Assembly: GCA_025201805.1 (NCBI GenBank)
Contig: MU619288.1
Location: 1 to 64,000 of the forward strand
DNA from: Parasitella parasitica NRRL 2501
Taxonomy: Eukaryota; Fungi; Mucoromycota
Length of the DNA stretch: 64,000 nt
Reading direction: 5' to 3'
Below the pieces are notes generated by a model that saw nothing but the letters and a program-made list of their open reading frames with translations, ran no database searches and was not told the origin of the DNA. Position numbers and translations under genes: made by a program. This document shows positions 49,781 to 62,065 of the stretch, one piece after another (the stretch's first letter is position 1; every line of letters begins with the position of its first letter).

Positions 49781-51171
49781 CTAATAACGTCGATAATTGT
49801 GGTTTTGATAATATCCATTATTTGACCCTCTTCCATGGTCATCACCCTCTTCTTCTTCCTCGTCGTCGTCTTCGTGTTCACCATCTTCTTGGACTCTTTT
49901 GTAACTATTACTGGGCATCACTAGATAGTCTTTGTTTAGCAATGAAGAGGGAAAACTGGTGGTGGCGGGAAGGTCTGTAGAGGTGTATGGTCTTTCACCC
50001 ACAAGTTGCTCGATTTTGGCCTCGCTCTTTTCCACAACCAATGCCTTTAGCCATTTAATCTCTCTTTCTAACTCATGCACTCTCTGCTCCATACGCTGAG
50101 CTTTCTCTGTCATTTCAGAAGCGGTATTTTGCAGTGCTTGTTCACGCATCTTCTTTTTAATGCGGAACCGTGCTGATGCCGCTGTGTTGCGACGTCTTTT
50201 ATCATCCCTGCTTAACGGCTGCGATGTGCGACTACTGTTGCTGCCGATGCTGCTATAACTCTGAGCCCCATCGCCAATGACAGGCACATCGTCATCATTG
50301 TTATCATCGCCGTCCTCTTGTTGTGCATCTCTATCGAGCTCATCTTCGAATGTTAGTGTCTGTTTCTTGGTCGTCTTGTTTTTACTTTTAGGGTGCTTTA
50401 ACCCAGATAGTTTGTTCTGCTCCCTGTTGTGCTGAGACAGTATTCGTGAATCTAAGGGCTGTTTATCGTCTTTGAATCGAAACTTCTGCGCATTGTTCTT
50501 TCCTTTACTGTTAGAAGCGACAGCAGCTTTGGGTGATGCGAACAAGGACGTGGTTTCAAATTTATCCGCTTGTGCACTGTAGCTGCCAAGAGGCTGTTCA
50601 AAATAATTGTGGTGGAAATTCACAACAGGTGAAGTTGGCGTTGAATTGGCAGGTGTGCTACTACCCGAGTAAAGCGATTGAAGTGATCTCTGATGCTGTT
50701 TCAGCGATCCTGGCTCTATGAAGTACACAACAACATTATGCTCATGTCCGTACTTGTGCAAGAAAATGTATCTTTACCATGTGCTAAAAGCAATGAGCCA
50801 TCATTTGATGTTTGCTGCTGGTTGAATAACAAGGAGGCATAATTGCGATCGTTTAAATACTGATCTGTACTGTATTCCTGATGATGGCTATTAGAAATAT
50901 TCAAGCTGTCAAAGAAGGGCGGGTCTGCATTGGTAACAATTGGCGTGGCTGCAGTTGATGCTGTGGTCGTGGTGCTTGGCTCATTGAGCTTCATCTGTGC
51001 TGTAGTATAAAAGCTCAATTCTTGTTGTAGTGAACCGTCGTTTATCATTGGAACAGGTGTCATGATTTGATTCAATACGTCCAAATGAGACCATGTTGAT
51101 CCTCCTGCTGCTGTGGTATTAATAGATGTCGGTCGGTTCTTTCCGCTTCCATTACTCTTTAGCTTGGCCAT
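49781..51171 (-). CDS. metR: bZIP transcription factor of the CYS-3/MetR/Zip1 sulfur-regulator family; 2 exons, intron 50716-50778
   Basis: Family-diagnostic basic region DKRRRNTAASARFRIKKKMREQAL..LEREIKWLKALVVEK. A GTAAAG..CATAG intron joins the two overlapping ORFs in frame. Confidence 0.85.
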
Positions 51172-51402
51172 TTAAGCATCAACAACCAATAAAAAAAAAC
51201 AAAAAAAAAACAAAAAAAAAAANNNNNNNNNNAAAAAAAAACAAAAAAAAAACAAAAAAAAAAAGAAAAGAGAAAGCTGCTTTTATTTGCTCTGCATACG
51301 GTATATATAAACAGCTTATTGTAGATCAGTTACAATATAAAGAGCATCGTAAACAGAATGTTACACCAAATGTCGCAATAAATGCGAGATAAATGCTATA
51401 AA

Positions 51403-52283
51403 TCACGTCATTCGTACAGTTCTGGCTTTACATCCAAAATCCCAAATCTTCACTTCCCTATCATCTGAAGCTAACAAGATCTTACCATCACTTAAAGAAG
51501 CTAATGTTAATGGTCCATTATGGCCTTCCGAAGCATACAGACAGGTTGCAGTTTCTGTGGCTATCCCAAACAAAACTCCCATGTGTTTGTCGAGGAGTCA
51601 GAAATAATGCAAAGCTTATCAAAAGTAAGCTCCCAAATTCCTTGAACATGACCAAGCATCATTTTTAAACATGCGCCTGTAGTTGTATTCCACATTTTGA
51701 TGTTATTATCCAGCGTGTTTGAGATGATGATAGGGTCAGATGCTTCTAATGTTGCTTTTGCGGATGAGAATGGCTAAACGCATTTGTATTGTAGATCAAG
51801 TATTTATTTGTATTTGTTATGGATGCCCAGTCTGAGCGTTGTAATAAAACGGGTACAATAGTAGCAATATTAGTAACAGCATTTGTTGTAGAAGAAGCCG
51901 TTGACGTTGGTAGCAATCAGTCCTTATTAGACGATGATGTACCGGCAGTCGATGAATGAGGTGATGACTGATTTTCCAGCTTGCTTCGATGAGCACTGAG
52001 GCGATTTGTAGAGTCATGTGGACTAGAGAGTGTGCCTTGAGCTTGGCCAACATGACCACAATAGACTTGGACACAGGAGAGACTTTAAAAATCTCAGTAA
52101 CGTTGATTTCTGATAATGCAGCTTTTTTTTTTTTTTTTTTTTTTGAGAATGGCTTGGCCATGTTACAAAGGAAATTGAGAATTGAAGCAAGCAACATGTT
52201 GATACTACCTCCTACATTATGAGGGTTTTCGTTCGACCGATGCAGCTGTAAATGGTGACAATATGTGAGATGTTGCTACTTTG
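51403..52283 (-). pseudogene. sconB: Frameshifted, internally deleted relic of a Met30/SCON-2/SconB/Pof1 F-box WD40 gene
   Basis: Reconstructed across frameshifts and stops: QSSNISHI/SPFTAASVERK/TLIM*EVVSTCCLLQFS (pre-F-box region); *DF*SLSCVQVYCGHVGQAQ; IISNTLDNNIKMWNTTTGACLKMMLGHVQGIWELTFDKLCIISDS..VWD/TATCLYASEGHNGPL..LSDGKILLASDDREVKIWDF. Confidence 0.8.
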
Positions 52284-52589
52284 TAGTAGCTAATTAGCAA
52301 AATAATGCGTATTCCTACTAAATCTCACATCTTGTATTTTTTGTGCATTGATTACCTCAATTTTAAACCAAGTCTCGTTGATGCCTGTAGCATTCACATG
52401 TTTAAAGCTATAAAAAAAAAAAAAAAAAAAAAAAGGATGAGCAGTAGGTAACATTTGTAGCAGAATTTCATATATAGGCAAAGATAAACAACGACATGTC
52501 GAGATAACTAAAGGAGTTGATCACTTGTATCTTTGTGTTATGAATCCAAATGTTGCAAAGAATCAATGACATGGTATTTTATTGTCATT

Positions 52590-53847
52590 TTACAAGAACG
52601 AGCTTTTTCCGTAACCAAACTTGGAACCTAGTTCAGCCGATTTTCTCAAGAACTCGTCTTTGTCCTTTTTGTTAATTTTTTTATAGCTGACCAAGTCTTT
52701 TTCACGATCAAATGCACGTTTGGTGACATCTTCCTCTGCACTAAGGCCATTTTGTCTTCTATCTTTTTTCTTCTTTTGCTGATGCATCTCCAACAGTGTT
52801 AATGGCCTTGTTTGCATCTAGTGGAAGAGAGTAAAATGAATTAGACTAGGATTAAACTTGGTATATAAACTGAAACCTACGTTATACTGTTGAACGTTGC
52901 GATGTCTCTCTATATCCAATTCAGATGGTCCGCCAGTATCTTCAATGGGCGCCTTCCTCTTCCCTAAACGTTGTTCTTCTAATCGGCGTTGTTTTTCAGC
53001 GGGTGTCTCAGTCCAACCAGAAGAGTCAAGGTCTTCAGGGGCCATAGTTTTGTTTGTGAATTGTCGAGATTTACCAGAACTAGCATTTTTTAGATAATCA
53101 ACTTCGGGAGGCACCAACATCCATGCAGGCCGTTCAACTTTGTTTTTGTCTGCTTCTTTCTACAATGCCTTGGTCAGTATTTTGGTGTTTTTTTTTTTTT
53201 TTTTTATTTACCTGCTCCATTGCTTCCTTTGTTGAACGGGCACGCTCTTCAATGGCTTGAATTGCAGAATATTTGGCCTCTTCTTCCACGTTATAGTCCT
53301 TTGGTAACGCTGGTCCAACTAGAAAATCATCGTCATCGGTAGAGGAAGGTATTGGTCCTGATGGGAGGCTGGGACCAACAGGTCTGCGCCTTCTACCGAC
53401 TGCAGGACGCTGATTTGGTTGTTGTTGTTGTTTCTGACGCTGCTCCAAAAGATCTGGAGGAAGTGCTGGCGCAAAGTCATTTGGATCCTCTTCCTCTGTG
53501 GATTTCTTTTGATCCACAATGTGCTGGGGGATCTGAGGGCCTGCTTCTATATCTTCGTCATCAGAGATAGCGATTTCGTCAGTATTTATGGTGGATGTAG
53601 ATTTCTTTTGTTCAAAAATATGCTGAGGTATCTGAGGGCCTAAGGATAGAGGCATTTGAGGACCAATTGCCTCAGAATCAACCTCCTCACTGTTACTTTG
53701 CCTCTTTTTTTCTAACAAATGTGCAGGGATCTGAGGACCAGCAGTGGGCATGTGTTCCTCTTCTTCATCGTCAGAATGAAAAGTGGTGACCTCAGCTTCC
53801 TTTTGGGGTTTCTTCAATACAGCTTCGGGTATAGTAGGCCCTATCAT
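52590..53847 (-). CDS. GPALPP1: GPALPP-motif-containing protein (DUF3752), 3 exons
   Basis: Repeated GPQIP/APALPP/GPALP motifs; RPAWMLVPP, SGWTETPAEK, LLEMHQ, RAFDREKDL, LGSKFGYG. Confidence 0.85.
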
Positions 53848-54008
53848 TGTTGCGAGTTGAATTTAACAAAAAAAAAAAAAACCAAAAAAAACGAGCCTTT
53901 TCTCGTTGTGCTTCTTCTTTGTCAAGTTTCTAACCCCCCTCGGCATAAAACATTTGAGCAGTCTTGTTTGCTTCAAATTTCAGTTTTCCACTTGTTTTAT
54001 ATATTTGC

Positions 54009-55966
54009 ATGGCACCTCGAATATCACAAGCAATTTTAGTCATCTCAGGTGCGCTTACTGGACTCGCAGCTGTTGCAGCATTGTCTTATTTCAGAAATAA
54101 GCAAGACGCCAATTCGAATGGGTCCTCATCATCTTCGACAGTCCACAACAACAACAATAACAACAACAACAGCAGCACATCGACAAATGTAGCAACCGAA
54201 AGCACATCCGCAAACAATCGACCAAATAGACTGCGACGCTCTCGCACAGTTCGTAGACGACGCAACAATAACAACCGAAACCCCGTAGAAAACAGCGATA
54301 TAGATCCAAGCGCTCTCATGTCAGAAACTGAAGAAGACGCTGATAATCGAAAAATGCTATCATTATTCAAAGAGTGGGGAGAAGATGACAATCGAAATCT
54401 ATTAAACTTGCTACATGCTATATCTGAAAATCAATCACGCAAAGGTATAGAAAAAGAAGAAAAGCTAGGCTATGCTTTAAAACTAAAACTGCACATTTAG
54501 AAGGATTCATTCATCGTAAGTTGCGAGCGTTTGTCCAATTTTACGGCATAACAAAAAACTGTCTACAATAGGGGGTATTACTTGCAATAAATGCAACATG
54601 TCACCTATTCGAGGCGTTCGATACAAGTGTGCGAATTGTGTAGACTTTGATCTGTGTGAAATGTGTGAAGGTACAAATAGTCATGTCAATACGCATGTAT
54701 TCTTGAAAATACGGATTCCCATTCCACCACTTGCGAATCCGAGAAGTGCATTGCTACCAGCATTTTATCCTGGAAAATACCATAATAAACCCCCAATATC
54801 AGCAGAGAAATATCGAGAGTTGCAACACACATCACATTGTAAGTTTTTTTTTTTTTTTTTTTTNNNNNNNNNNTGGGCATGTAACAATGCAGATATTAAA
54901 TACTTTTTCATACAGTTGATCAAGTGGAATTAGAGGCTTTATATGAGCAGTTTAAATCGCTTTCGACGGTGGATAAAGACGAGGGTGGCATAGACAGAGA
55001 GACATTTGAGCAGTGTTTAGGACCTTTGGGCTTGGAAAAAAACCTCATTACAGAACGAATATTTGCATTTTTTGATCAGGATGGGGATAATATCATCAAT
55101 TTTCCCGAAATCGTAGCGGGGTTAAGCGTGCTGTGTAAAGGAAATTTGGATGAAAAGATAGGGCGTAAGTTTCTTCCATGCTAATATGTTGGGCATAACT
55201 CAAATTTTTTTTTTTTTTGCAAATAGATGCATTCAAGGGCTATGATTTAGATGAAGATGGGTATATTTCTCGAGACGAACTATATCGAATGTACAAATCG
55301 TATTTTTACCTATCAATGGAGTTGGTTAGAGATGTTGTGAGTGCTATGGAGGATGAGATGATGGACACTTTTGAGTTTTCTGCATCTCAGCCAGTAAGCG
55401 CTGCATTCAACGTAGCCATGCCATCAACGCCCACTGACAGGAATTCAAGTGAAGATGAGGATGATGACAGCGAAGAAGAAGCGACTGGTAGTCAAAGCAA
55501 TCAATATGTGGCAGAAGCAGGGCCTTCCAATAGCAAAAAAATCAAAAAGAAGCGATATCCGTTAAAAGAAGATCACTTTTTACGACAGTATGCGATGGAA
55601 GCTGAACAAGCACAAGCGCTCTCTACTGCCTCGCATGCTCAGGTAGATGATATGGCAGATAATGTGTTGCGTTCAGATAGTCAGCGACTGTCAATGTCCT
55701 CAAAGTCCAACGAGTATGAAAGACCACCAGCAGCGTCGCAACTCTCGTTAGAACAGCAACAACCGCAAGGCAAAAAAGCATGGGAGGAGAAATTTCCCAT
55801 TATGGAAACCATGTCTCAAGGAGCTATCAATGAGATGGTCGACAAGACATTTAAAAGCATCCAAACGGAAAGAGAAGGATATATCAACTTTGAAGAGTTT
55901 AAGGAATGTGTTCAAAGCGATTCAAGTATTGTGAGTTGGTTTGAAGCTTTAGGCACAGTATTTTAG
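54009..55966 (+). CDS. N-terminally membrane-anchored ZZ zinc finger / EF-hand (frequenin-like) protein, multi-exon, including a 15-nt micro-exon at 54501-54515
   Basis: HRGITCNKC.MSPIRGVRYKCANCVDFDLCEMCE...H...HVFLKIRIP; EF hands DQDGDNIINFPE and DLDEDGYISRDE; hydrophobic residues 8-27. Confidence 0.88.
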
Positions 55967-55994
55967 TGAATAATAAACAGACTATCCAAACATC

Positions 55995-57274
55995 TTATTT
56001 TTTGTAAACTTGGCCGCTTTGATCTTCCTGAACTGTTTCTGAGACATCACCATAAAGGTCAAATCTACGCTGATGATAAAGAGGGATGTGTTGGCGGGTA
56101 CTCTTGATCAATTCGGGGTCTATTTTTGTTACATGTTAATTCATGTATATTATCGATTTGGGTATTTCTCACCGATATCAGCATAAATAATAGTTTCCTT
56201 CTCATCACAGCTAACAACAACATTTCCCTTTGGATCAACAACGGTGGAGTGTCCCCAAGCTACATAATCAGCATCTTTATCACGAGCTGGAGCACAAGCA
56301 GCAACATACATTTGGTTATCAACAGCTCTAGGCGAAAAGATATGAATTCCAAATTGATATCATGGCGTTTTTTTTTTTTAGTGTTTCACCTTGCACGCTG
56401 CAATAATTCCCAGTGCAAGGGCCCTGTTGTCATGTTGAATGCACCAGGATAAATCATTGCCATGCAGCCTTTACGAGCAGCAATAGTAGCCATCTCAGGA
56501 AATCTCATGTCATAGCAAATGCCAACGCCCAATTTACCGTATTCTACCATATTGTGCATGTAAGTTTTAGTCGTGTTTTACTCGAGCATTTCATACTTGT
56601 ATCGATATGAGTAAGCCAGTCGCCTCTAGTTAGTACATCACTTTCCTGTTAAATACAATGAGCGTGTTTTAGAGGGCAAGGATTTTTTGCATCATAAATA
56701 CCTTGAAAGTAACCCCTCCAGGAATATCGATGTCAAAAAGATGAACCTTGCGATGCTTTGCAATCATGTTTCCTGAAGGATCGTAGGCCGTCAGCGTATT
56801 AAAGATTTTTCCGGCCGTTCCTCTCTCAGGGATTGAACCTTTGTAAAAGCATTAATTCTAGTGATTTCGTGCAAGACTTGGCACACACATTACCACCAAT
56901 AAGGTATACATTGGCTTCCTACATGCAATCAGGTTAATGTCATTCATATTTCAAATTTTAATATGCTAATACCTTCGCGGCAGCAGACAACATGCTAGTT
57001 GAGTCTCCTCCCTCCAAAGGCTCGGCGTATTCGGGAAAAAATTTTGTGCCATAGGGTGAGTTGAAGCATTCCTGCAGTAATGTAAAATCAGTAATGCATT
57101 GAAAAATAGCGCTTTATTACACACAGGCAACACAACAACTTGGGCGCCATTTTTAGAAGCTTCCATAATCTTTTCGTGGGTATGCCTCAAGTTTTTGGAT
57201 TTATCAGCACCAGCGCCGATTTGAATAAGGGCAAGCTTGAATGGAGAGCATGCGGACAAAACAGCTTCAGACAT
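55995..57274 (-). CDS. NIT3: Omega-amidase, nitrilase family (Nit2/Nit3), multi-exon
   Basis: [80 protein letters not shown]. Confidence 0.95.
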
Positions 57275-58891
57275 TTTTCTTGAGAAATTCAAGGACATGA
57301 GAAAGTCGTGAAAGAGAAGAATAAAACAAGTTGTATTGGAGACCGGAAGAGCGGAGATGGTGCACAAAGATCTTCCACCTTATCCAATGTGCAGGATTTT
57401 GGTCTTAATGGGTACGCTTGGAATTTTTTTTGTCAGGTTTGATCACGGCAAGTAAAGCAACCACTCTTTTTATGTTGTCAAAAGACATTTTTGTTTTGTC
57501 TTTATTCTGAAAGGAGTCAGATGTTTCCAATAATAAAATCTCCCAAACCACACTGTATCATTTAATTACCCCTGGCCGCGATAAATGTGCCTCCAGCAAC
57601 AGTTACCTTATCTCGTTCTCTGCGAAGTCTACCTACTTCTACTGCTTATAGCATTGCTATTGATACTCTATGTCTTTGTCCAAAGCTATTTCTGAACTTT
57701 GTTGCTCTCCTCGTTTAAGCCGTCGTTTTCTAGCATTGATCCAACAGAATGTCATCCATCTCCAAACTTTTTTTTTGTCCGAGCTTTCATCCCCTCAGAA
57801 CTGGCTAGCGTAGGTCTCAACCCTTTTACTCGGGTTGATTACAGGCTGGTCAATGTGGATCTCTTTGTACGACTTTTATTATTCTCCTTTCCAATTCGAC
57901 CTTAGTCTCTGCTATACTCTATGGCCAATTTTGAACTCGTTATCAAAATCAATTCAGAAGACCAAGTTTTCATTGGGTGAAAAGAGATTAAAAGCTGTAT
58001 CACCATGGTTAAATTGCCACAGATTTACATCAAAAAAATCAAGTCATATGCAAATCAATAGTTCACCAACTAGATCAGATAGCAGTAGTTAAATAATTAG
58101 GGCATATATATCGCTTGTCCTTTTGAAGCAAGAGAAATTGTCACAAGCTAAATCAAATTGACCTAAATAATAGTTCTTTCTTCATTTTGAATTCTAGACA
58201 ACTTCTTTTATATTTTTATACTGAAACTATGGCAAATACTTTTTTTACGAGAACTTCAATCATTCAAAGAAGAAGTGTAACTACTCAGACAAGAAGTGCA
58301 GCTGCTATGGAAATAAGACAAATAAGAAAAATACAGAATATTTTATTATTTATTGTGTGATTGAGAATTCCATAAAAATGAGGGGAATAGGTAAGTCTTA
58401 TTTATATTAAATTGAGAGTAAATAAATGTTGTTACTGCTATGAATATAATTGATATCTTTGTCATTATTTATTCTTGTTCTGAATGATTATTGTGTAAGG
58501 GAAAGCGCTTTGATCAGGAGTGTTTTCCTTCACACGACATTCATTGCTAAGGTCTTAAATTGTATTTGTAATGTGTTTTGATTTATATGACTTTATACGT
58601 TATGCGAACTCGAATGGCATGAATTGACTCTGCGTGACATTTGAGTCTTATTTTTTCAGTTATGCGCTTTTAGCTATACTATTTCATTGCAAAGGGCAAA
58701 ATAGTAAATTATTTTGGACTAGGTCAGAGAGGAGAGAGTGCTGCTTTCATGTTCAGACATAACTAAATAATTTCACTCGACGCATTACTAAATAAGAGCA
58801 TTATATGAAAGCAAAGGTTTATGTGCTAGCTTATTTAGAATACAGAATTTACAAAGTTATAAAGTGCTTATAGCTGAATGACAAAGTTAAC

Positions 58892-61022
58892 CTATTCATC
58901 ATCAAGCTTCAGCAGGGTTACAGTCGGTTCAAATTTTTTGTAGTTATCGCTGTAAAGATACGGCTTTTCAACATCAGAAGTTGAAGCAATACTTTTGGCC
59001 ATCAATTTCTAATGAAATTAAAGGCTTAATCTAACCCATTTCCACCTTAACTATAATCCCTATTTTTTTTCCTTACCTTGAAATGAACTAAAGATTCTAA
59101 TGAAAGTGACATGTGGCTAAAAGTTTTGGGGAAAGTGGGAAGAATCGAGTTTTTCAAAAGCCGAAAGGTATACTTTTTTGCGTTGTCAATTCCATCTCTG
59201 CTTGCCGCTGTTGATTCTTGAGGCCTATACTCATGGATAAAATATTCAATATCATTGCCTATTTGTAGAAGTGTCAATATAGGGCAAACCTATATAATAG
59301 AAAAAAAAATCAGCATTTACTTGCAATCATAATGGCAAAGGTATTTAACTCTTTTTCACTCTTTGCAGCTAAAATCCTTTTATGAAGCATTTTTTTGCTG
59401 ATCTCCGCAAGTCGGATTCGATCTGCTTCAACTATGTGTTTTACACAACAAAAACATTGTCAGTAATATAACAGCTTACCAATAAACAACTAATTTATCA
59501 TTCACATCAAAGCAGCATTCACAAATGGGACTACATATTTGATTTTGAAGTTGTTCTCCATGTTTTTTAATTCCTCAAGTGCTTCATAGTACCAGTAGTT
59601 ATATTGGCAAACGTCGCTTTCTTTACAGTTGTTAAAAAGGCTACATATCATCAAAAAAGAAGAATGGGTCATTATACATTTAATCAATGTTCCAACGTTT
59701 TAAATATTTTGCAAAGAAAATATTTTACCATGTGTTAAGCAGAGAAACAATGTTGATATACTCAATTTTGGTCGGTAAAAGAAGCATGTCCTTCGTGTGG
59801 TATTCAACAGCCTATAAATATACGTAACCAAACTCTTTTTAGTTTACTTATTTATTACTGTAGCAAAGTGCGGCTTACGCGGGTAAACTTATTTATCATA
59901 TTTGTAACATCATTATCCAATGCGTCAGGTAAAAATCAACTATCGTTGGTGCTGTTCGCAAAAGCGATACCAGATATGTTCCTAAAAAATAGTAAATGTT
60001 TATTAGCCATCATTTTGCAGCATAAGAATCGGTGTGTCAATAAAATGTTCCTTACAATCTTTCAACAATTGGTAAATTGCTTGATATGTATGCCATATTA
60101 AAGAGGTTTTCTTCATTGATTGGAGATAGTTCATCGAAGCTAGTGATGTAGGCGAGAATTGGACTATCGCTCTTCTCAACAGAGCCACTTTGATATTCGT
60201 ACGTTCCACCAGAAGTTGTTGTTATAAAAGAAGTGTCTAATTGAGAAAAAGAAAAATGTTACTTACAAATGACACTACTTAGAACAGTTGGAGATTGACC
60301 AAACCATTATCCTCTTCTTCTAATGGTGCCGGTGACACTGTTTTTGCTTTTGTTCTTCTTTTGCCTTCTTCTTCTACTGCTCTTTCTTTGCCTTTTCCTC
60401 TTTTTCTTCCCGTTTCTTGAGATATTTGGGTTTGTAAATCGGCTTGGATTTCGGAGAAGCCTTTTTCAGCGGCAAGGTAGGCAATCATTTTTCCATTATG
60501 GAGCATCTTGGCATTTTCTTCTTTTACTTCTTCCTGTCTTCTGATTCTCTCTCCTTCTTTTCGCTTTACTTCTCTTGCTTTGGCATACTGGAATAAAAAA
60601 TTGCCTTTTATCGTTGGGCTTGGTAAATATGCTTTCGTACTCCTGCAATAATCCATGAGTAGCTTTGCTTGTGAGACCACTATGATTAAATCATTAATCT
60701 AAACCAGGCGATCAGCGCCACTTTTCTTTTGCTGTTTTTTGTTTTCATCAATCAGTTTTAGCTCGCTGAGATCATCGAGAGTACTAAGCATAGTATTGAA
60801 TAAATCATTTCCTTTCAAGTTATAATCCTCAACTTGTTCGAAGTATTGATTAACAAGAAAATTTATATTATTCCAATTTTTTACTTCCCCAGTCAACACT
60901 CCTTCATATATTCCTAATGCTTCTCTGAGGTGAGGCGAAATTACTGTGCATCCTTTGAGAGAGTTTAATTTAGGCTTTTTTGGCAGCTTCATTTTAAGTT
61001 TCTCGAATGCGCGCGAAACCAT
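58892..61022 (-). pseudogene. Multi-exon lineage-specific hypothetical gene, probably degenerate
   Basis: Chain of same-strand, charged, helical ORFs with GT-AG boundaries. Apparent in-frame stop at 59502. A LINE fragment abuts its 5' end. No family recognised. Confidence 0.45.
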
Positions 61023-61059
61023 CAGTTAAGAATTACAAAACCTGGGTCCAAAGGCACTG

Positions 61060-61410
61060 TAACTTGTTGAAGCAAAGAAATCTCTCCATTCGGGGAGCTG
61101 GACTTGTGGCTAACTCGTTGCTTTTGGTTGTCCAAGGTTTATTATGTGTTGTGTCTTGTTCCTGGTGGCCCTGCTACTGAGTCGTGGGTGATGGCTCTCA
61201 AGAAAGTAGTTCGGGAGTATTTGGTGTCGTTTCGTCCTGGTGTTGCTTGGTCAACTTTATATCTTCCTCGCAAATTTGGTGGTGTTGGTTAGGTGGATAT
61301 AACAGATCAGAGCTTGGCTCTGTATCTTGTCTATTTGCAACGCCTGTTGCGTCCACCTTCTCATTCTAATTTTGTCACTGCTTGGTTGGTTTACGCTTTC
61401 CAAGTACCGG
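61060..61410 (+). mobile_element. L1-like non-LTR retrotransposon ORF2 fragment (post-RT region)
   Basis: QRNLSIRGAGLVANSLLL..VAWSTLYLPRKFGGVG*VDITDQSLALYLVYLQRLL. Confidence 0.8.
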
Positions 61411-62065
61411 TATACCACGCCAGCAAGTTTAATAATTAACCTTTTGCCTCAATATCATTCTTTTTCTTTTTACTATTTTTACAAAAAAACAAAACAAAAA
61501 AAAAACTTGATTACAACATTAACACGCTTATGAGCGATATGCATATTCAAAAGGGAGGAGAGGAATCAGCTAAAGAGGTTTATGTTAACTTACATCAAAA
61601 GCACAGAGGAACCGCCGAAGAAAACGTCAGTACAGCAATTGAGTGTGACGAAGAGCTAGCTGATGAGTAGCTAATTGTTTCTTTCTCAATTTTAAGTAAT
61701 AGGTACCAAAAAAAATTTCCAAGCGTACCAACTAAGACTAAAATCCTATAGCAACAAAATTAATGCAAAAATAGCTATCCAACCTGTATTCTCTTATCTT
61801 GAAAGTAAAGCATGACTGCCACCGATATCAGTAATAGCAAAAATAATCGCAGAAACTGCAAAATTGTATTTACCAATATGCATAAACTAAAAATGAACGA
61901 CCTTGAAATGCATTATGTAATTCATTCTTGATGAAAACTGTTCACAGCAGGATATGATTGGCTCCAGTTGGGAGAGAGAGGTCATCACTGCATGATTCAA
62001 TTTAAGAGATACCACTCTTCTCTTCTCTTTTAGTTTTTTTTTTTTTTTTTTTTTCTCATTCTCAA

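Noticed and set aside
50716-50778. Overlapping bZIP ORFs suggesting a programmed frameshift
   Set aside because: Explained by a conventional 63-nt GT-AG intron.
57560-58210. Possible transposon-derived coding relic on the minus strand
   Set aside because: No assignable motif.
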